Origin: Wolbachia endosymbiont of Onchocerca ochengi
Lineage (GTDB): Bacteria > Pseudomonadota > Alphaproteobacteria > Rickettsiales > Anaplasmataceae
DNA: 32,000 bases
NCBI RefSeq assembly: GCF_000306885.1
Contig: NC_018267.1
Location: 330,001-362,000 of the forward strand
Direction of reading: 5' to 3'
Part shown: positions 10,091 to 21,492 of the stretch, one piece after another
How positions within the stretch are numbered: position 1 is the first letter of the stretch
Layout: every line of letters begins with the position of its first letter
Notes under the pieces: generated by a model
What the model was told of the DNA's origin: nothing
The model's database searches: none
Seen by the model: only the letters and a program-made list of their open reading frames with translations
Made by a program: the position numbers and the translations under genes

Positions 10091-10900
10091 ATGATTAGAA
10101 AATCTGTTATTCTTGATGTATTGCTAATCTTATGTACTGGCTTTTTTTCTGCTCAGGCTAATAAAAGTTGTTCAAATAATGAACAATTCATAGAAAATTT
10201 AATTCTTATAGAAAAATCTATATGCCATGAATCGAGAAAATATAATGAAAAAGAGCCTACATTAGTTAAAGACAGAAAACTTAATTTTTATGTCAGCGCT
10301 AATAGCGGTAAGATATATTTTGATAATTCAAAGCCATTTGTGAACGGCATAAAAGCAATTGGAGAGAGAGTCTCCACATTAGTTGAAAGCCGTTATGATG
10401 CTATAATAAAAAATATAGTTGCAGATGAAATTGAAAGTGTAAAAAAATTTAATGGTGAAATCGATTTTCAGTGGTTACACAGCCTATCTTTAGGTTACTA
10501 TGCTGGAAGAAACGGCCGAGTTGATTTTGAAGCTACATACTCTAAGTTTGATATTAAAAACGGTAATTCTCCTCCAATATTTTATAGATCGGCTGGTATA
10601 TTTGCATTTTTGTTAAATGTTTATTATAACCCTAGTATCCAAGATACACAAATCGCTCCATACATTGGTCTTGGTATAGGACCAGCAGTTTTTAAGCTAA
10701 GAAAGATCAATGGATTGTCACAAAATTCAATGCCACTAAATGTTCCTTGGTTTGCTTATCAAGTGAAACTTGGTGTTGATTATTCAATAATCCCAGAAAT
10801 TAAGCCCTCCCTTGGTTATCGTTACTTCAGCATCCCAATACCTATTGCAGATGATATATCAACCCATAGTATTGAGGTCGGCCTGATGTTCAATTTTTAA
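10091..10900 (+). CDS. Outer-membrane beta-barrel, surface-antigen (Wsp/OMP-1/MSP2-like) family
   Basis: 269-aa ORF with a signal peptide (VILDVLLILCTGFFSAQA). It shows alternating beta-strand patterning (YVSANSG, LSLGYYAG, VKLGVDYS, LGYRYF) and the terminal strand IEVGLMFNF ending in Phe. Confidence 0.75.
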   Translation: MIRKSVILDVLLILCTGFFSAQANKSCSNNEQFIENLILIEKSICHESRKYNEKEPTLVKDRKLNFYVSANSGKIYFDNSKPFVNGIKAIGERVSTLVESRYDAIIKNIVADEIESVKKFNGEIDFQWLHSLSLGYYAGRNGRVDFEATYSKFDIKNGNSPPIFYRSAGIFAFLLNVYYNPSIQDTQIAPYIGLGIGPAVFKLRKINGLSQNSMPLNVPWFAYQVKLGVDYSIIPEIKPSLGYRYFSIPIPIADDISTHSIEVGLMFNF

Positions 10901-12655
10901 TTATAATTTAATATATACACATATTGCCTTTTTTACCTAATAAACCAAACAGTGACACAATTGTTTCTTTTAGAAAGATGACAGCTTCTGCCACCTTCAC
11001 GTTATCCGCTATTCTTTTCGATTTTTGATAAATATATCCTTAAAAGCATTAAAGCTCTGTTTATCTTCTCTATATCCTATAAGTCGACTTAATTACTATA
11101 ACCTTACCGTTTTTAACCTTTAATATAGAGTTCATTCTCCCGATTTCAATAATTAACATCACTTTTAATTTTATTTACTCTACTGTGTTATATACTTCAT
11201 ATTTGAATTTTTGATGTAACTATTAACTCTTAATAAAGTTGGATATATATCCATAAATATTTCGCTAGCATCAACATTGATACTTGAGCTATTAACACAA
11301 CATCTATTGGAACACTGTTTATTTCGGTAACTAAGGCATAGTTAAATTTTTAGTATCTTTTTGTATATCAGAAATAAAATAAACATGATTTTCAGTGAAA
11401 GAAATCATTGCTTATTGATTATTTGTAATATATATTCTAGAATTTGAGAAGCATACTTGGAGATCAAGTTTGTCTAAACTTTTTACTAAATTTTCTAGAT
11501 CACTTACACCAAACTTATTGCTAAATTAACAATAAAGTCTATCCTAATCCATTATAGATCTGGTTCCATTAAGCAAATCACTGAAGTTGATATCAAAAAG
11601 ATATTTATTGTTTAGCATAAATTCAACTATTTTTACTTCTATCATTACCTGAAAATACTAACTCCTTAACCTTATTAAGGTACTCTTCAACAATTTTGCG
11701 TCTACTTTTCTAACATTCAAAATAATACTACTGCTTCTTCTCTATTGAACAAAGTAATTTTCCATCATCTACGCCATTGACATTTATTATTGTATTCAAA
11801 TTATTTTCCAATGAATTCTACAAATCACTGCTATATTGAGAGATTTCAATAACACTATTGTAATCCTCATCAACATTGCTCTCCCATCACTACTAGTAAT
11901 GCTGCTATCAACAACAAAGCTACCTCGAGCAAAGTGTTGACTATTAACAAAGTTAGCATAATAATTCTGTGCATATAGTGAGTCTGCTCAATTTTAACTG
12001 AACTATTATTCTTTGACAGCTCAGTTTATTGCTGTCAACTACATTTACTTCATTTATATTTTTATCTTCTAGTTTTAAAACAATATTACCTGACATTTTC
12101 AGACCTACATTCAAGTTAATGTCAGAAAATTTCCTATCTCAATCAGCAAACCCTTGCAGGGCTTTTTTACTAACGTTGATCCAAATAAGCTAACTACTAG
12201 CGTAAGATCAGGGAATTTTATTGGTAAGGCACAATTTCTAGTACTGCTAGTTTAACATTCTCCAAAATAGGCATTTTGTCTTTGCGCAAACTCATTAAGT
12301 GGCCATGCTTACTTGCATTATAATAATCTTTCTTTGTAGTTTATCTTGGTAAGGTCTTTTCTTAATTACGTCCTTGAGCATGTACAAGAAACAATAAAAA
12401 GAAGCACTAAATGCCAAGAAATAACCACTAGAAAAAAGCGTACAAAAACCACTCTAATGGATTTCTATAAAAATATTAAAAATGATTTAACTTTGTTCCC
12501 ACTTGGCAGAATCACAAGAAAAGCTTTGCTAAGCCTTTGATCCAATATTAACTCAACTATTGATTCTGTTTTCACTACTTGAAAAACCTTTCTTGAGAAG
12601 CTACATAAACCTTTTTTGCTTTAAGCTTTACAGCTGATATCAGCAGCATATCAAA

Positions 12656-13567
12656 CTACATCTTCAATATCTTATCATCCGCACATTCATCGTACTCGAT
12701 CTCAACTGTAGAATGTGCAATTTCGAACTCACTTAATAGTATTTTTTTTATCCCATACAAAATATCAGTATGATGTGCATCTTGCCTTACCTTAGCATGC
12801 ATGGTAATTATAAAATAATTATCAGACAGTGACCATGTATGTATGTGATGCACATCAACAACTTCAGGTAGCTTAGACACAATCCCGCTCTTTATCCCTT
12901 CAGCAGATACTCCTTCAGGGGTACCTTCAAGAAGGATATGACAAGAATTTTTAAGAATCTTATAGCCACTATTTAAGGTTACTACGCTAACAAATATCGA
13001 TAAAACAGGATCTACTATTTGCCATTTAGTTAACATAATAATTATAGATGCAAATATAGCACCTACAGAGCTTAAAATATCCCCTATAACGTGCAATACG
13101 GCACTTTTTATATTTATATTGCTTTCACATTTACTATGCAATATAAAAAAGACTATAACATTAGCAATCAACCCAAGTATAGCAATAATTAACATTATTC
13201 TCCATTCAATGTTGACTGGGAAAATAAATCTCTTTATTGATTCAATAATAATAATTACTGAAATAAAGAATAAAGTTAAACCATTGATGAATGCTGCAAT
13301 TATCTGCAACCTGTGATATCCGTATGATCTTTGCAGATCAGATTTCTTAGCTGAAAATTTGTGTGCTATCCAACTTAAAATTAAGGCAAAGAAATCAATA
13401 AACATATGCCCTGCATCTGATAATAGAGCAAGCGAATGTGAAATTATTCCACCTACTACCTCCATAAACATGGTTATTGCTACTATTATTATGGAATGAA
13501 TTAAACGCCTGGACTCTGCTGCTGAATGTTTACCGTTGTGCACCGCTGTCATATAAAACCTTCTCAT
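12656..13567 (-). CDS. czcD: Cation diffusion facilitator family transporter (CzcD/ZitB-like)
   Basis: CDF motifs are present: HSLALLSDAGHMFIDF and HVIGDILSSVGAI, six TM helices, and a cytoplasmic C-domain with HHIHTW. The ORF track runs to 13618, but that part overlaps the tRNA. The start is most likely Met at 13567 or 13552. Confidence 0.85.
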   Translation of the reverse strand: MRRFYMTAVHNGKHSAAESRRLIHSIIIVAITMFMEVVGGIISHSLALLSDAGHMFIDFFALILSWIAHKFSAKKSDLQRSYGYHRLQIIAAFINGLTLFFISVIIIIESIKRFIFPVNIEWRIMLIIAILGLIANVIVFFILHSKCESNINIKSAVLHVIGDILSSVGAIFASIIIMLTKWQIVDPVLSIFVSVVTLNSGYKILKNSCHILLEGTPEGVSAEGIKSGIVSKLPEVVDVHHIHTWSLSDNYFIITMHAKVRQDAHHTDILYGIKKILLSEFEIAHSTVEIEYDECADDKILKM

Positions 13568-13576
13568 GGATAAAAG

Positions 13577-13649
13577 TAGGTAACACTGGACTCGAACCAG
13601 TGACCTTTTGCACGTCAAGCAAATGCTCTACCAACTGAGCTAGTTACCC
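13577..13649 (-). tRNA. tRNA-Val (anticodon GAC)
   Basis: The 73-nt reverse complement folds as a cloverleaf: GGGTAAC-TA-GCTC-AGTTGGTA-GAGC-A-TTTGC-TTGACGT-GCAAA-AGGTC-ACTGG-TTCGAGT-CCAGT-GTTACCT-A. All four stems pair (G1:U72 wobble), the T-loop is TTCGAGT, and CCA is not encoded. Confidence 0.9.
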
Positions 13650-16315
13650 ATTGTTGCTTCAGTATAGTGCTTCAGCAAAATAAAAGTCAATTTGCTTTTA
13701 AATTATTGTGCTTGTCGCTCTACCTAACATGATTCAGAAATCTAGCTGTATAAAACCTTAACTATACTCTATAATTTTATAGAATTAATTAATTATTTAT
13801 ATCTTTTTTCCAAAATAAAAATTTATTCTTTTTCTAGGAAGATTACGCTAAGATCGAAATATATATTCGAAAATTAAATATGAAACGGATAATAAAATGT
13901 TTAATTACATATCAAAGTAAAACAGTTGGACTAGAGTCATAAAAAACAAATTATAGATAATAAACAAAGTTAAAGCAAACAACTATCAACTTCTGAAAAT
14001 GTAAAGATCATAAATGACCATGCTTTTTACAAACCAATCTGCGTAAATAAGCTTACAGTGATTTTTTAACAAAGCAGTTTAAATTATTATATAAATACAT
14101 CTCTAAAAAGACAATAAAGAAACTTTCACTACTAAGAAAATAAATAACTTTTACAAAGAGAAAGGCATTCCTTTATCTACAATAAATGAGTTACTTCCTT
14201 TTGACCAAAGGACAATACAAAATGTTATGTAAATTATAAATAAACTTAGTAAGGAACCATAATTATAAATACACGTCTGATAAAATTAATATTACAGCTT
14301 CATATATGAAGGCAGTCTCAGTCAACTACCAAAGTTATCAAGACTACATAGTAGACTCTGACACATATCATAGATTCATATATAAGAAACTTATTATATT
14401 GCATGCTTTTCAAAGGCTTAAGAGAGGTCAAACTGAAGAACAGACAAGAAAAAGTCTGAGTAATATTAATAGAAAAGAAATTAAGAAATTATTAAAGAAG
14501 CTTCTCAAGAAGAATGAAAAAGTGATTTAGTGATCCAACAAATAAAAGAATATCCAGATGTAGAATATAATGTATTATACGAAAAGATCTTCGAAAAATT
14601 TGTCTATACCAGCATGAATATTGACCAAATTAAGAGAACGTACAACTAATATGATATAATATTTCAACAGAAAATGAATTCGGAAAAATGAGAAAAGCTC
14701 AGAAAAAAACGAAATTCAGCAAGTATCATGAACAAAAAATATGGTTAACATTTCAGGGTAGAATAAATCTAAAAGTTACTGAGAGCAATATTGACACTGA
14801 GTTTAATCTGAACATTGATTTACTCTAGAACAAAAGTTTTGAAGGTCCTACTGATCAAAATAATGATGGCATTATCAATAACGAAAATCTTCTCAAGGAA
14901 TTAGAGGATACTATAAAAACTTTCAATGAAATCTTTAGAATAAAGAAGAAAGATAACAATCCATTTTTAGTACATAAGAACGTTGCTAACTTTATACTAT
15001 TCCTGTTTGAGATAAGGAAAGCTACTAAAAGTACTCAAGTGCTAGTATGATGTTCATATATCAGGTGGTGGTATCACACAATCTTCTAATAACGAATTAT
15101 ATTAGCAGCATATATTCCTACGCTGAAAACGGCAGAAATAATAGCGATTTTATTCTATGACGGAGAAGTTAACCATTATATTATAATTATGTTATTAAGT
15201 ATGAATTTATCCATCCGTTAACATTCTATTTGACTTCTAACTTAGGTCTCGGTAAAATATTAATGGAAGCTGTTTAGCAGAGTATGCTACACAACTAATA
15301 GAAGGAAAAGGACTTACTGATTTTGCAAAATTAGCTAGTGATAAATAAATACAAAAGTCTTGCTCCAGAGGAGATAATTAAAAAACTATTAATCATTACA
15401 GTAAGTGCAGCAGTTGTTGCATATATCGAAGAAACGTATTTAAATTTCATTGATAATTTGCTTTGTGCGGCAGCGGAAGATAAGAAACTCTGAATGGTCA
15501 TTTTTGTTTCGAGAAAATGATGCAAAAGGTTTATCAAATTAAAGTAGAGAAAAACTAAAAAGGAAAAGGTGGTTCTAACTTGGCCAAAACCAACTTAAAC
15601 GCCGAAGATTAGTCTATCAGACTAAACTATGCTTAATTTGAGCAATAGAAATAGCTAATGAAGAGGACAAAGTGCAGTTTTATATTTTAAAAAGGCAAGT
15701 TGAGGATAGAGTTAAAGTTTATTTACTGATTCAGTTCATGGTTCAAAATCACTTAAAAACCAGCAATATTAAAATAAGATGAAGAGCAAAAACAAATAGT
15801 GTTAAAAGACACAATCTTGAAAAGAGAAAAAAAATACTGATTAAGTCTTAGAAGGAAAGTATAAGGTAAGTATTATAATAGATTTTATAATGATACAAAA
15901 GCCTTGTATGATGAGCTAAAGAAGCGGAGAAGCAATTTGTGTTAAAGTTTTGGTACTTTGTCAGAGGACAAATATTGTTCTGAAAACAGTAAATTTGTAA
16001 TTTATAATGATGAATATAAAAAGTTTATAGTGTCACTTGAAGATAAAGCACTTATTAAGATAATAAAGAGTAACAACAACTATAGCTTATGCTATACATT
16101 AATGATAATAGCAAAGTAATAAGTAGTATTAGTAAAATAGATAATCTAAATTATGAATTGTTATTAGATTTAAGTCATTTTAATTTAGAAGAGAATAATA
16201 TTGCGTTATCGAACTAATATTAGGGGAATATAACTTCTGTCTAAAGAATGACTTAGCAAAAACATTTGATTGTATAAGTAGCTTGATTTATCACGAGTAT
16301 AGTTTAATCTAATAA

Positions 16316-16357
16316 ATGTATAAATGTTGCTGCTTGAATGCAGCAACATTTATACAT
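16316..16357 (-). terminator. Perfect 18-bp stem / 6-nt loop hairpin, 58 nt downstream of the pyrB stop
   Basis: ATGTATAAATGTTGCTGC-TTGAAT-GCAGCAACATTTATACAT. The arms are exact reverse complements. On the minus-strand transcript the hairpin is followed by UUAUUAGAUU. Confidence 0.5.
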
Positions 16358-16414
16358 AGAAGCCATCATATCAAACCAAGCATAAGTTCCATAGAAACAC
16401 ATATTTCTTTGCTA

Positions 16415-17311
16415 TTAGCAAGAACTATAATAATGTAGCACTGCCTTACGTATCGCTAATCCGAACTCTACCTGCTGTAAAATAACATAATCTACTACAT
16501 CACTACCAATTTCAACCCCTCTATTTATCGGCCCTGGGTGCATGATAATTGCATCTGGTTTTGCATACAACAATTTCTGTGAATCAAGGCCATATAAATA
16601 AAAATACTCTCTCTCTGAAGAAATAAAACAACCATTATCCATGCGTTCCTTCTGCAACCTTAAAAGCATAATTACATCAGCATCTTTTATACCTTCAATC
16701 AATGAATAATAGATTGAATCTACCTCAGGAAAATATCTACAAATCAAAGTTGGCGGTGCAATCAAGCATATCTTCGCCCCAAACATTTTTAACAGTCTTA
16801 TATTCGATCTTGCAACTCTGCTATGTAAAATATCTCCACATATTACAATTTTAAGATCTCTTATCTGATTTTTATAACTGCTGATAACAAAACAATCAGC
16901 AAGAGCCTGAGTTGGGTGTTCACTACTCCCATTACCCGCATTGATTAGTGAACAGTTAATGTACTGAGCTAGCACATTAACAATACCACTATTTTTCTGT
17001 CTAATTATTATGTAATCAGGATTCATTGCATTTAATGTTTTTACCATATCCTTTAAATCTTCTCCCTTATTAATAGAAGAAGACTTTATTGGCAAGGTTA
17101 CAACATTTGCTCCAAGGCTTTTTGCTGCTATTTCAAAGGATGCAAGTGTACGTGTTGAGTCCTCAAAGAATAAATTTATTACTATTTTATTTTCTAAAAT
17201 ATGGCAACCTGCAGCTTTATTTTTCAGGTATTGATCGGCTAACTTAACTATATTTTCTACATCATTGATTGTAAGATCCCGTACACTCAGCAAATTCTTC
17301 TTATTAACCAT
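16415..17311 (-). CDS. pyrB: Aspartate carbamoyltransferase catalytic subunit
   Basis: 298-aa ORF with motifs FFEDSTRTLASFEIAAKSLGA, HPTQALAD, GDILHSRVARSN and MHPGPINRGVEI. Confidence 0.93.
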   Translation of the reverse strand: MVNKKNLLSVRDLTINDVENIVKLADQYLKNKAAGCHILENKIVINLFFEDSTRTLASFEIAAKSLGANVVTLPIKSSSINKGEDLKDMVKTLNAMNPDYIIIRQKNSGIVNVLAQYINCSLINAGNGSSEHPTQALADCFVISSYKNQIRDLKIVICGDILHSRVARSNIRLLKMFGAKICLIAPPTLICRYFPEVDSIYYSLIEGIKDADVIMLLRLQKERMDNGCFISSEREYFYLYGLDSQKLLYAKPDAIIMHPGPINRGVEIGSDVVDYVILQQVEFGLAIRKAVLHYYSSC

Positions 17312-18145
17312 AGTTTCTTCTTAAGACACAATTTTAATCAAACCTATTTTACTTTCTCATTACCTATTTTCAACAAGCCTCTTCACAAAAACTACAGCTT
17401 AATTCACAGTCATTGTACTAAAATCAAAACTAGTATTAACTGATAATCAGTACTCTAATTTTATTAAAGTTAATATACTAATAACAAAAATAAAATTAAG
17501 AATTGCTACTGAAGCTGAAGAAAAAGGTGGTAAAGCCGAGATTAAAGGGAAAAACTCTAGATTACTACCATAAAGAACAGCGTTCGTAGTTGCTGCTTTG
17601 TGGCCCCAGGTATTACTATTATTGGTACAGTTATTGAAGTTTTAGGATATAATAATTATAAAAAGAATAATAGAATCGAAAACTATTACCTCTAATAATA
17701 GACCTAACATATTTAATAACAAGAAAACAAAAAATGAGACCAGATGTTTAGAAAAGCTCTCACCTTAAGCTAGCTTTCTTGCAAAGAAAATTGGCGTTAT
17801 TACAATTGGCTTCTAACTTAGGTGGCCAATTGGTGATATAACTCTGATTTGCTCATTATACTTGTTAGCGGCATAAAACACTAGATATAGGAAAATAGAT
17901 AATAGATAAGATAAAAACCTTTAAGAAAGAAATAAAAATAGAAAAGCCAACTAGCGAAAGAGGAATTCCAAACTAAAGAAGCTGTAGAAGAAAACACCGG
18001 TCAAATACTGAACCCAGAGAAAAACAAAAATTTTCCCTGTAACCGAAAGACTTGTACAAGAAAACCCAATGAACAAGAAACAAAATATTCGAAGAGAAAT
18101 CAATAACGCAGATTTTCACTTCAGAGGGTTACTAAACGCTAGGTA

Positions 18146-19177
18146 TTACTTCCATTTACACTCGTCAGCTATCATGACAGCTTCAAGCAGATGTTCCTCA
18201 AGTTTACTGAGAGGTAGGTTACTTTGTAAATAAGCTCCCCAAGATTGCAATATATCAGAAGTTTCAACGTCTTCAACAATAGGATACTCTTGATTTTTTT
18301 TAGCGTATAGTTCTTGAGCTTGCTTGCTTATCAAAAATTCCAGTAAAGCTATAGCATTTTCCCTGTTTTTTGCATTTTTTGTTACTGCTGCACCACTAAT
18401 ATTTACCATCACACCATTATTATCCTGATTAGGGAAAAAAACCCCTAATTTATCTGCGATATTCTTTTCATGCGCATCTTCAGATGAAAAGATCCTTGCA
18501 AAGTAATAGCTATTTACTATTGCAACATCTCCTTCACCAGCAGCTACAGCATAAATCTGATCAGTATCACCACCACTTGGTTTTCTTGCCATATTACTCA
18601 CAATTCCATTAACCCATTTTTTTGTTCTCTCAAAACCATCGTTTGCAATCATAAAAGCAATCAATGACCTATTATATGGACTTGTGGAAGAGCGTACTAA
18701 TATTTTCCCTCTCCATTTTTCATTTGCTAAATCTTCATAAGTACTTAATTCTTTAGGATCTACTAATGCTTTGTTATAAACTAATATTCTAGTTCTTTTT
18801 GTGAGACCAAACCAATAATTTTCACTATCTCTAAATTTTGCAGGTATAGCACTTTTTAAAACCTCTGAATCTACTTGAGATAAAAGCCCTCCTTTTTTTG
18901 TTAAAATCAAATTTACCGCATCTGCAGTTAAAAGTAAATCAGCTTCACCACCATTCTCCATGCGCGAAAGCAGCTGAGAATAATCAGCTATAACATAACG
19001 TACCTTAATACCTGTGTTCTTTGTGAACTCATCGAATAAAGTACGCACCAATTCCTCTTTACGTGATGAATAAACGTTTACTACTTGTGAGTCGTCATTT
19101 CCACCATTTTTATATAAAAAAGTAACAACTATTAACACAACCGCCACTAAGGATGCCAATACTAAAGCTTTTTTCAC
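18146..19177 (-). CDS. afuA: Fe(3+) ABC transporter periplasmic substrate-binding protein
   Basis: 343-aa ORF with a GTG start and signal peptide KKALVLASLVAVVLIVV. FbpA/AfuA-type pattern: VNVYSSRKEEL..., GEADLLLTADA, YWFGLTKRTRILVYN, VAIVNSYY. No permease or ATPase partner lies adjacent. Confidence 0.85.
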   Translation of the reverse strand: MKKALVLASLVAVVLIVVTFLYKNGGNDDSQVVNVYSSRKEELVRTLFDEFTKNTGIKVRYVIADYSQLLSRMENGGEADLLLTADAVNLILTKKGGLLSQVDSEVLKSAIPAKFRDSENYWFGLTKRTRILVYNKALVDPKELSTYEDLANEKWRGKILVRSSTSPYNRSLIAFMIANDGFERTKKWVNGIVSNMARKPSGGDTDQIYAVAAGEGDVAIVNSYYFARIFSSEDAHEKNIADKLGVFFPNQDNNGVMVNISGAAVTKNAKNRENAIALLEFLISKQAQELYAKKNQEYPIVEDVETSDILQSWGAYLQSNLPLSKLEEHLLEAVMIADECKWK

Positions 19178-19405
19178 ATTGAATGCACAATCATTTCCTA
19201 CAACTAAAGGTACCTAAAGAGCAAAACCTTAGCAAGGGTAAAAATTTATTCAGCAACAACAATATTGATATTACTTAATTTTAGGGCATCAATATTATAT
19301 AGAGAATTCATCTTATCCACCAATACTATAAATAATATCCGGTAATTGTGAGATTGAACTACAAATTACTTAAGTATTAAGCTGCTGCTACATTTAGCGT
19401 CTCTA

Positions 19406-19651
19406 CTATAAATCTCTCCAAGAACTTTTGTTCTTTTCTTGCTTGACTTTCTTAATGAATTTCTCACTATCCTTTTCAGGATCAATCTTTTCCTGAGAAC
19501 ATATAAAGTTAGTACAATTTGCTTTATTATAGTAATGTACGCCAAGGCATATGATTAATAATGCAAGTACACCCAAGCCTATAAAGTAATGATAACTACA
19601 CACTATGATTCGAATAATCCTGACAAAATTTTTATATATTATTAACACCAT
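19406..19651 (-). CDS. Hypothetical small membrane protein, possibly a gene fragment
   Basis: 81-aa ORF with one clear TM helix (FIGLGVLALLIICLGV) and a charged tail. It sits isolated in a decayed gap and has no recognisable family. Confidence 0.2.
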   Translation of the reverse strand: MVLIIYKNFVRIIRIIVCSYHYFIGLGVLALLIICLGVHYYNKANCTNFICSQEKIDPEKDSEKFIKKVKQEKNKSSWRDL

Positions 19652-20665
19652 TTATTACAAGCAGCTCCTAAAAAAGCACTATATTTACAGCAACTACGTT
19701 AGTTACAATACAATAAATAGTAGTTCATCATTGACTACTAATTCTGCTTTGTTAGTTCTGTAATTACTTTTTCATCAATGTTTTAATGAAACCGTTTTTA
19801 GCTTCTTAAGTGTTAAGTGCAAAATTTGAATGAGTACTATTGCTATATTCCAGTCTCACAGATTTCATAGCTTTACTTTCCAGCTGATATTTTAATTACT
19901 CTAGCAAAATCTCATCCGCACTTTTTCTTATAGCTGACATTCGTATTTCTAAATTGTTTTATTACACAAAATATTGGGCTAATTGTAAGCAATAAAGCAA
20001 ACACAGTAACTGATATAGTAATATATTTTTGGCTATTCATAAAAAACACAATAAATTTTGTTTTATCCTTCATATACACTAAAGCTGTAGGTATACCAAA
20101 TATAGCAACTCTTATCTAGAAATTATAAATCCCTTCTGCTGAATAGAATATTTCACTCTTGAACAGATTTTGTTTATTTTCTTGCCTGAGTTGATTAAAA
20201 GAGTTGTTTAGTTTACTTTACTACTCCAATATCAAAGTTGTCTTTCGATGCAAAAAGAGTTGGAAGTTTTGGATTACCGAACTTGTTATTAAGCAATTTT
20301 CTAATGCTTTATTGCCATCTCAAGGTGAGCTATATATTCTTCTTCAGAAGCCGATCTTTCCAAGTTATAACATACTCACTTCAGATATCTTGATATTTTT
20401 TGCCCTTCATTCTCAGAGCTTGATTCATTAAACGGATTTGCAAATTGTAGAATTTCACTTTCATCACCTTTTTGGAAAACTCTCATTAGATGCTGATTTA
20501 GTTCCTTGTGTTATCTTGCATCTTTGCCTGCTTGCTTGTAAGAAGTTGATATCATTATTGGTCCTTTTTGCATACTACTTTCCGAAATTAATTACACCGC
20601 TGTATCAACTATATTATATCTATTAAAATAGAATAGATACTAATTTAAACGTAAATATAAAAAAT

Positions 20666-21460
20666 TTAGTATAAGAACTGCTTATTAAAGATCCTTTCAT
20701 CTAATGAATAATCCTCGTCAAAAAGTAGAGTGATCGTGTTTTCATGGTCTTTCTGCACTTTTATTTGTGATACATTATGAAACTCTTTATAATCTGACAC
20801 TACAAGTACTGGACGATTTTCTACATCGTTAACGTCAACTTGTACTATTGCATCATTTGAAATTAATGCTCCGTTCCAATGTCTTGGATAGTAACTATTG
20901 ATAGAGGTTAATGCAAGTAAGTTTGAGTTTAGTGGTAAAATTGGTCCGCCAGCAGAGAAATTATATGCAGTGCTACCTGTTGGAGTAGACAATATTATTC
21001 CATCACCTCTAAATTTTTCTATTTTTAGCTTACCATTTACAGTAATATTCATTTCTACCATTTGGTTTGCTTTTCTAAAGACATATACTTCATTCACTGC
21101 TATACAACGGTAACTATTACCACTTATATCTATGGCTTCCATTTTTAGCAAAGTTAATTGAGCTGAAGTTGCGTACTCTATATGACCAATTAAATCTTCA
21201 ATGTAACTAAAACACTTATTCATTAAAAACCCGACATTGCCAGTATTTGTCCCGTACACATGCACACTCTTATTTTCTATAACGTAATTATGTAAGGTAC
21301 GTAGCATAAAACCATCACCACCAACAACTATCAGTAAATCAACTTCAAACTTACTTTTTTCTGTTATATTGACAAAATCAAGCTTCTGTAATAGTTTAGA
21401 TACTTTTTGTGATTTTGGCGATAGAGAAGCAATATAGCCTATATTTTTGTATCTATGCAT
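20666..21460 (-). CDS. nadK: NAD kinase
   Basis: 264-aa ORF with VVGGDGFMLRTLH, NEVYV and GDGIILSTPTGSTAYNFSAGGPIL. A GGAGG sequence lies 13 nt upstream of the start. Confidence 0.92.
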   Translation of the reverse strand: MHRYKNIGYIASLSPKSQKVSKLLQKLDFVNITEKSKFEVDLLIVVGGDGFMLRTLHNYVIENKSVHVYGTNTGNVGFLMNKCFSYIEDLIGHIEYATSAQLTLLKMEAIDISGNSYRCIAVNEVYVFRKANQMVEMNITVNGKLKIEKFRGDGIILSTPTGSTAYNFSAGGPILPLNSNLLALTSINSYYPRHWNGALISNDAIVQVDVNDVENRPVLVVSDYKEFHNVSQIKVQKDHENTITLLFDEDYSLDERIFNKQFLY

Positions 21461-21492
21461 GCTTCAGTCAATCCTCCAAAACAGGGAGAAAA

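Noticed and set aside
13568-13618. N-terminal extension of the czcD ORF (MTCKRSLVRVQCYLLLS).
   Set aside because: This part is the reverse-strand reading of the tRNA-Val gene (13577-13649). It is an artefact of the tRNA lacking stops in that frame.
19178-19200. Fur-box-like quasi-palindrome AATGATTGTGCATT immediately upstream of the afuA GTG start.
   Set aside because: Only the outer 4 bp of each arm are complementary and the length is off by one relative to the Fur consensus. It cannot be distinguished from AT-rich background.
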